Program-made: the position numbers and the translations under genes
Shown here: piece after piece, positions 59,049-64,000 of the stretch
How positions within the stretch are numbered: position 1 is the stretch's first letter
Layout: each line of letters begins with the position of its first letter
The notes under the pieces: model-generated
Told to the model about the DNA's origin: nothing
Seen by the model: the letters and a program-made list of their open reading frames with translations, nothing else
Database searches by the model: none
NCBI GenBank assembly: GCA_964387845.1
Contig: CAYLXA010000006.1
Location: 128,001 to 192,000, forward strand
Direction: 5' to 3'
Source: an uncultured bacterium
GTDB taxonomy: Bacteria; Omnitrophota; Omnitrophia; Omnitrophales; Abzuiibacteriaceae
Length of the DNA: 64,000 bases

Positions 59049-59331
59049 AAGCCGGTAGCTCAGCCCTCACGCTACCATGAATATTCACGTATTATTTTAA
59101 TGAAGCGTGAGGGTAGTCCTGATTTCTAATGAATAAATGATTGTCATTTATTGATGAAAATCAGGGCAGCTGGGAGAGCGCTACATTCGTATTGTAGAGG
59201 TCAGGACTCATTTTCATTGAGGGATCCAGACGGTCAATAGGAAATGAGTTCAGCTCCTGAGCCTGATCAAGAATTCCTTAGTCGATTTTTACAGTAGCTC
59301 AGGGGCGGGGGTTCGGTCCCCCTTCGGTCCA
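59049..59331 (+). pseudogene. disrupted tRNA-derived mosaic locus (partial duplicate of tRNA-Ala with a Thr-like CGT anticodon)
   Basis: 59056-59063 (TAGCTCAG) plus 59170-59203 (CTGGGAGAGCGCTACATTCGTATTGTAGAGGTCA) reproduce positions 8-49 of the upstream tRNA-Ala, with one anticodon substitution C36>T. The two exon-like pieces are separated by a 106-nt insertion made of two perfect hairpins. A third GTAGCTCAG fragment and a T-arm-like GGGGG-TTCGGTC-CCCCT plus a TCGGTCCA end follow. No 3' strand complementary to the 5' acceptor is present. Confidence 0.45.
59064..59169. repeat. hairpin-rich 106-nt insertion within the tRNA-like D-loop (candidate miniature inverted-repeat element or structured RNA)
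   Basis: A 9-bp perfect stem CCCTCACGC...GCGTGAGGG enclosing a 32-nt AT-rich loop. An adjacent 8-bp stem CCTGATTT...AAATCAGG encloses a nested 9-bp stem AATAAATGA/TCATTTATT. The boundaries carry a CAG direct repeat. Confidence 0.4.
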
Positions 59332-59461
59332 AAGTTAGTTTTACACCTAAAATTAGCCTCGAATTAATCTCACCTAACGTCTTAAGCTATCAGATAAAAG
59401 AGCCGAAACATTATCCTACAAGCTTGGAGTGTCTTTAAGCGGTTAAACGTAGGATAAAATT

Positions 59462-60334
59462 ATGAGCTACTACCGCATTTTAGGTTTTGATAAAGAGCCT
59501 TTTTCCACAAGCCCGGACCCTAACTTTTTTTATCTTACCCGCGAGCACGAAACGGCGCTGACCAATGTTTTAATCGAGCTCAGATTGCGCCGAGGTTTGT
59601 CGGTTGTTTTGGGGGATGTTGGAACCGGCAAAACAAGTCTTTCCCGGAAATTAGTTCAGTGCTTGCGTGAGCGGAGCGACTTTATATTTCATATTGTTTT
59701 AGATCCCTGCTTCGAGAATGAGCATCTTTTCTTAACCTCCTTAATTCGCAATTTGGGAATCGTTGTCGATCAGCCGCATGAACAAGACCGAACTCTGCTT
59801 CGGCACACGGTTTTAGACTTAAAAGAGGCTTTAGAAAAGTACCTTTATCAGAAGTGCGTTATCGAAAATAAAACAGTGGTTTTGATTGTCGACGAGGCGC
59901 AGAAGCTGAGCGAATCCTCGATGGAAATGCTGCGTGTTATACTTAATTACGAAACCAACGAAAACAAATTGTTGCAGCTCGTCCTTTTGGGCCAAATGGA
60001 GCTTCATGCAAAAATCGTGAATATCCCGAATTTTTGCGACCGGATTAGTTTTAAATATTCGCTCAACCCGCTGGATTTCAAGGAAACGAAAGACATGATC
60101 CGCTACCGGATCAAGCAAGCAGGCTACAACGCGCCGTCCCATCTTTTTTTAGATGATGCAATTCAGCTGATTCACAAAGTGTCGCGCGGATATCCGAGAA
60201 AAATCACGATGCTGTGCCATCGCTCGCTCAAGAAGCTTGTGATGCAAAGTAAATGGTCGGTCGACGAAAATTTGGTGCGCGAAATCGTGAATGAAGATAT
60301 TCATTCCGGCTGGCTTGCGCCGACGCTGCATTAA
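59462..60334 (+). CDS. ExeA/GspA/MshM-like AAA ATPase (secretin-associated)
   Basis: Walker A VVLGDVGTGKTS and Walker B VLIVDEAQKL. About 290 aa, of the ExeA-like type found beside T2SS/MSHA secretins. Confidence 0.8.
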   Translation: MSYYRILGFDKEPFSTSPDPNFFYLTREHETALTNVLIELRLRRGLSVVLGDVGTGKTSLSRKLVQCLRERSDFIFHIVLDPCFENEHLFLTSLIRNLGIVVDQPHEQDRTLLRHTVLDLKEALEKYLYQKCVIENKTVVLIVDEAQKLSESSMEMLRVILNYETNENKLLQLVLLGQMELHAKIVNIPNFCDRISFKYSLNPLDFKETKDMIRYRIKQAGYNAPSHLFLDDAIQLIHKVSRGYPRKITMLCHRSLKKLVMQSKWSVDENLVREIVNEDIHSGWLAPTLH

Positions 60335-60351
60335 GGATTTTAAAATCCGAT

Positions 60352-61071
60352 ATGGGAGACGAAACACCGGAACAGCAGCTTTTAAAGCTGATTGAGCAGC
60401 CGCAAGCGAGCGGTGCTCAGCCGGCGGGGGATTCTAAAGATCCCAAAGCGGATACAGCGGCAGCGGCAAAAGCAAAGAAAGGTCTCAATTTTAAGAGCCT
60501 GCTGACACCAAGCGGATGGAAAGGCGTTTTGTCCTATGCAAAGGAACAAGGCGCAACGCTGGCAAAGCAAAAGCCGGAAGTTTACAGTCTCCGAAGTTTT
60601 AACCGTTTTTTTCGGATCGCGCTCGGCGCCGGCGGAATAGTAATGTTTTGTTACATTGCTTATGCGGCTTACGTCATGAATAGTGAGTTTCACGAGCTGT
60701 CTGATTCGACACAAAAGGAAATGGCTGATCTGCCCATGTCGGGCGGGCGAATGTTGGATCCGAATTTTTTTGAGGATATTGCGAAACGGAATATTTTTGC
60801 ACCGATGGAAAAAAAGCTGGAGCCCGAGCTTGCGCTTGAGTCTGGAGTTAGCAAAGCGGCTCTCGTTGAAATGGCAAAAGATATCAAGCTAACGGGGATT
60901 TCCGTAAATCCAACGGATGAGAGCCGCACATTTTGCATGATCGAAGACCTTAAGAAAAACACGACAAGTTTTTTAAAAGTTGGCGACGGAATCGCCGGAT
61001 TTACGATTAGCAAAATCGGTCCTGACAGCGTTGAGCTCAAATACCAAAAGGAAGCGATCGAGCTGAGATAA
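60352..61071 (+). CDS. putative PilP/GspC-like secretin-interacting inner-membrane protein
   Basis: Cytoplasmic N-terminus, a single TM (ALGAGGIVMFCYIAYAAYVM), and a C-terminal small beta-domain (RTFCMIEDLKKNTTSFLKVGDGIAGFTISKIGPDSVELKY) like the PilP/GspC HR domain. Position immediately upstream of a secretin. Confidence 0.45.
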   Translation: MGDETPEQQLLKLIEQPQASGAQPAGDSKDPKADTAAAAKAKKGLNFKSLLTPSGWKGVLSYAKEQGATLAKQKPEVYSLRSFNRFFRIALGAGGIVMFCYIAYAAYVMNSEFHELSDSTQKEMADLPMSGGRMLDPNFFEDIAKRNIFAPMEKKLEPELALESGVSKAALVEMAKDIKLTGISVNPTDESRTFCMIEDLKKNTTSFLKVGDGIAGFTISKIGPDSVELKYQKEAIELR

Positions 61072-62726
61072 TGAAAAGAACAATTTCACAAAAAAAGCAC
61101 TTACTCATCATTGTATTAACGGTTATCGTTTCGGCAATGCCCGTGAGCTCATTCAGCGCAACGTTACCGGCTCCGGAAACAGCACAAGTCGCAGCGCAGC
61201 CGTCAGAGAAAGCCGAGCCATTACAGATTGCCTCAGCCGCATCGACAACCGGGCTTGATAAAACTATTTTTCTAGATCTTCGCGATATCAACGTTATCGA
61301 TATTCTTAAGTTTTTAGCTTTGGAAGGGGATTTGAATATTGTGACGAGCAAAAACGTCCAGGGCCGATCAACGCTGCTTTTGCGTGACGTAAAAATCCGC
61401 GATGCGCTCGACATTATTGTTTTATCAAACCAGCTTGCCTACGACATGAGGAACAGCATTATTTACGTTATGACCGAGCAGGAGTATTTGCAGCTTTACG
61501 GAAAAAATTTTAGCGATCAGAAAAAAATCAAAACTCGGGTTTTGACGTACGCCAAGCCCAGTCACGCGCTTGCGGCGCTGCAATCAATTCAAAGCGCTTT
61601 GGGAAAAGTGATCATTGACGAGGAAACCGGCTCGGTGATCATGATCGATACTACCGAAAAATTATCCGAAATGGATGCTCTGTTGGATAAGCTGGAAACC
61701 AAAGTTGAGACCAAATCCATCACACTTCAATATGCGATGGCGAAAGATATCGAAACGCAGCTGAAGCCGAAATTAGATGTCAAATCCGTTGGTTCGGTTA
61801 TTGCGGATGAACGGTCCAATCAAGTGACCATCACAGCGTATCCGGGCCGGATGGAAGAAATTGTGGAGCTTGTGCAGTCGTTGGACGCTAAAACCAAAGC
61901 GGTTTTGGTGGATGTTCGCATTCTGCAGTTAACCATTAATCCGAAGTACGATGCCGGAATCGAGTGGGAAAGAGTATTTACGAACAGTAAGAACGAACTT
62001 TTCAAAAGCCTCGATTTCAACCATGCATTTCCGATCGCTTCAACAGTTTCATCCAGCGCGGCTCTGGGCTCGGTCGGCCAATACACGATCGGAAACTTAA
62101 CGACGGATGAATTTACGGCCGAATTAAGATTTCTAAAGCAAATCGAGCGCACCAACGTTGTTGCCAGTCCGCGGATGATGATTCTGGATCGCCAAGAAGC
62201 GAAGATTAATATCGGTGACCGGATTCCGTATGTTATTACCACAACAACCGGAACGGGAACGAACGTGTCGGTTAGTGAGGACATTCAATTTATTGACGTT
62301 GGCCTTAATCTTGTTGTGACGCCGGTTATTAATGACGAGGGGTATGTGACGATGAAAATTCGTCCGGAAATTTCAAGCCGCACGGGAACGCTTACAACAC
62401 CCACAGATAACGCAATCCCGATTGTTAATACAACGTTTATCGAAACCAATATCGTTGTAAAGGATGGAGTCACCATTATCTTGGGCGGCCTCAGGCGGGA
62501 TGAATTAACCGAATCAAACAAAGGCGTCCCGTATTTGATGGATGTGCCCTTCATCGGCAACGCGTTTAAAAGCAGGGCTGAAACAACGCGAAAAACGGAG
62601 ATTGTTATTTTCATCACGCCCAAAATTGTCAGCGGAACTGAAACAATGGCGTGGCAAAATCCGCCTTTTAAACCGGCAAAGTTAGAGATGATTCCACAGG
62701 CGCAGAAAAACAAAAAAATATCATGA
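61071..62726 (+). CDS. secretin (GspD/PilQ/MshL family outer-membrane channel)
   Basis: Signal peptide and N0/N1-like domains. C-terminal secretin domain (VVASPRMMILDRQEAKINIGDRIPYV, VVKDGVTIILGGL, PYLMDVPFIGNAFKSRAETTRKTEIVIFITPKIV). Confidence 0.85.
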   Translation: MKRTISQKKHLLIIVLTVIVSAMPVSSFSATLPAPETAQVAAQPSEKAEPLQIASAASTTGLDKTIFLDLRDINVIDILKFLALEGDLNIVTSKNVQGRSTLLLRDVKIRDALDIIVLSNQLAYDMRNSIIYVMTEQEYLQLYGKNFSDQKKIKTRVLTYAKPSHALAALQSIQSALGKVIIDEETGSVIMIDTTEKLSEMDALLDKLETKVETKSITLQYAMAKDIETQLKPKLDVKSVGSVIADERSNQVTITAYPGRMEEIVELVQSLDAKTKAVLVDVRILQLTINPKYDAGIEWERVFTNSKNELFKSLDFNHAFPIASTVSSSAALGSVGQYTIGNLTTDEFTAELRFLKQIERTNVVASPRMMILDRQEAKINIGDRIPYVITTTTGTGTNVSVSEDIQFIDVGLNLVVTPVINDEGYVTMKIRPEISSRTGTLTTPTDNAIPIVNTTFIETNIVVKDGVTIILGGLRRDELTESNKGVPYLMDVPFIGNAFKSRAETTRKTEIVIFITPKIVSGTETMAWQNPPFKPAKLEMIPQAQKNKKIS

Positions 62727-63730
62727 AAGAAAATAATACCAAGTTTTTAATACAAGCACTCACCAGAATGGCTCTGATTTTATTAATCGCTACAGGCGCG
62801 GCCCGTCCCGGCTCGGCATTTTGGCCGTTTGATACCGGTGAAGAAAAACAAAGCGAAGAGTTTAGTGCTCCGACAGCCTCACTTCCGACACCCGAACAGA
62901 AAAGGGAAGAATCGCTCAAGATTGATACGATTCTAAGCACGCTAAACGAGTCCCTGGAAGAAAACAAAAAACTCCGGACCGATGCGGAAAACGCGCAAGA
63001 GCAGCTGAACCGATCCTCAATCGAGAACAACGTACTTCGAAGCCAATTGCGCACATTGCAAGCAGAAGCCGATTCGTACAAAACCGAGCTCACCAAGCAC
63101 GCAGAAGAAACAAAAAAAAACATTCAAAAGCTTGAGCAGGAAGTTGGTCGTCTTCAAATTGAGGCCAAAAAAGCAGAAGAGATGAAGGAATTTGCCGAAG
63201 AAAGCATGGCCTACACCGAAGCGGAAAATCAAAAGGTGAGAAAGCTGCTTGAACAATCTATTCTTGAAAGCGAACGGGACACATACGTGAAGCTGATTTC
63301 GGAGTCGGAGATAAAGGCGAATCGAGCTGCGGAAAAGCTGATGACAGCAAAGCGCCAGAATGAACGCATGAGATCCGAACTGGCTTCGGCTTATTATAAT
63401 TTGGGCAATATGCTGGCCGGGTCGGCGCAATATCGGAGCGCTTTAACGCAATACAAAAAGGCGCTCAAACTTAACCCAAATGATGCGTGGACGCATTACA
63501 ATTCGGCCATTATTTATGATTATTATTTAAACAATAAAGAAAAATCGCTCGCACACTACAAGAAATATTTAAGCTTAGAACCTGCTGAAAAAGAGATCAA
63601 TAAAGTGCGCGAGCGCGTTTTAGAAATGGAATTACTGAATCCTGTCACGCCCGGCCAGCCGCTCAAGTCTGATTTTGACAAATATCAAAAGGATTTGAAC
63701 AAGCCCTACGTCATCAAGGCAAACGGTTAA
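62723..63730 (+). CDS. TPR/coiled-coil protein (MshN-like)
   Basis: Signal peptide, a long coiled-coil region and C-terminal TPR repeats (AYYNLGNMLAGSAQYRSALTQYKKALKLNPNDAWTHYNSAIIY). ATGA overlap with the secretin. Confidence 0.55.
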   Translation: MKENNTKFLIQALTRMALILLIATGAARPGSAFWPFDTGEEKQSEEFSAPTASLPTPEQKREESLKIDTILSTLNESLEENKKLRTDAENAQEQLNRSSIENNVLRSQLRTLQAEADSYKTELTKHAEETKKNIQKLEQEVGRLQIEAKKAEEMKEFAEESMAYTEAENQKVRKLLEQSILESERDTYVKLISESEIKANRAAEKLMTAKRQNERMRSELASAYYNLGNMLAGSAQYRSALTQYKKALKLNPNDAWTHYNSAIIYDYYLNNKEKSLAHYKKYLSLEPAEKEINKVRERVLEMELLNPVTPGQPLKSDFDKYQKDLNKPYVIKANG

Positions 63731-63811
63731 TTTTTTTAACCCACACCCGGCCTTACACCTAAAGCCACATTCTAAAGCATTTTTTTAAGATATTTTTATC
63801 TGATAAAAAAA

Positions 63812-63840
63812 TTGCATTGAATTTCAGGTTATGATACTAT
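63812..63840 (+). promoter_or_regulatory. putative sigma70-type promoter for the downstream truncated gene
   Basis: TTGCAT, a 17-nt spacer, then TACTAT, in the AT-rich 248-nt intergenic region. A GAAA-tetraloop hairpin CCTGCC-GAAA-GGCGGG lies in the 5' UTR (63914-63930). Confidence 0.35.
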
Positions 63841-63978
63841 TTTTTTGTTGTCCCATAACCCTAAATTAAACTGCTGAATTAACATATGGCGATTGGGAAA
63901 TTTCTGACTTGAAAAAGGCAAACCTGCCGAAAGGCGGGGACGCAAAACCGAAGTTCTAAATCTCATCAAGGAGAGACA

Positions 63979-64000
63979 TGAAGGCTGGGTTACCAAGCTG
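63979..64000 (+). CDS. 5' end of an unidentified CDS running off the window
   Basis: Strong RBS AAGGAGAG 6 nt upstream of ATG (MKAGLPS...). Too short to classify. Confidence 0.3.

Noticed and set aside
59049-59331. Possibility that the second tRNA-like locus is a functional intron-containing tRNA-Thr(CGT)
   Set aside because: I searched the downstream 130 nt for any 7-nt strand able to pair (allowing G:U) with the 5' acceptor AAGCCGG or GCCGGTA and found none. The region after the variable loop lacks a T-arm contiguous with a matching acceptor 3' strand. Bacteria also lack BHB-intron splicing.
1-64000. CRISPR arrays, transposases, integrases, phage genes
   Set aside because: No regularly spaced direct repeats were found. 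No DDE/tyrosine-recombinase or phage structural motifs appear in any frame. The tRNA-adjacent region contains only tRNA-derived fragments and the secretin module.
63979-64000. Calling the truncated final ORF a type IV pilin
   Set aside because: Only 7 codons are visible (MKAGLPS) and the G-F-T-L-I-E prepilin signature is not present in what can be seen.

Overview
This 64-kb window is a compact bacterial chromosomal segment in which every supportable gene (about 65) lies on the + strand. Many neighbouring genes overlap by 4 nt (ATGA) or a few nt at stop/start, which suggests long translationally coupled gene arrays.

Gene content from 5' to 3':
- dut (3' end), ftsK, a class-I glutamine amidotransferase, a HAD hydrolase, a BolA-Grx4 pair and mgtE.
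- An orphan Arch_ATPase/DUF234-type ATPase, a HIT hydrolase, a dGTPase-like HD protein and a GAF/HD-GYP phosphodiesterase.
- Three small membrane/TonB-like ORFs, then a truncated dcw cluster: murE-murF-mraY-murD-ftsW-murG-murC-murB-ddl-ftsQ-ftsA. There is no mraZ/rsmH/ftsL/ftsI upstream and no ftsZ downstream.
- The glycine cleavage operon gcvT-gcvH-gcvPA-gcvPB with a short LplA-like lipoate ligase, then uvrD/pcrA.
- An M48 peptidase, a TPR/HExxH protein, and BatD/BatE-like proteins fused into a run of trpB-trpA-ruvX-M16 peptidase-rpe-lepA-lepB.
- Two SPOR-domain proteins flanking a Lys/Ala/Pro-rich histone-H1-like mini-protein and a GNAT acetyltransferase.
- A PilZ-YajQ-PilZ c-di-GMP receptor trio.
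- A lipid-scavenging block: a tri-domain cNMP-binding/degenerate-MinD-like/patatin phospholipase, then thiolase, 3-hydroxyacyl-CoA dehydrogenase, enoyl-CoA hydratase, acyl-CoA ligase and an alpha/beta hydrolase.
- An unannotated entericidin-like micro-lipoprotein.
- An intact tRNA-Ala(CGC), followed by a highly structured ~280-nt mosaic of tRNA-derived segments interrupted by hairpin-rich insertions (pseudo-tRNA with a Thr-like CGT anticodon).
- A type IV pilus/T2SS-like outer-membrane module: ExeA/MshM-like ATPase, a PilP/GspC-like protein, a secretin and a TPR protein.

I see no CRISPR array, transposase or integrase. The most unusual items are the tRNA-derived mosaic locus, the tri-domain patatin protein, the stripped-down dcw cluster and the PilZ-YajQ-PilZ module.
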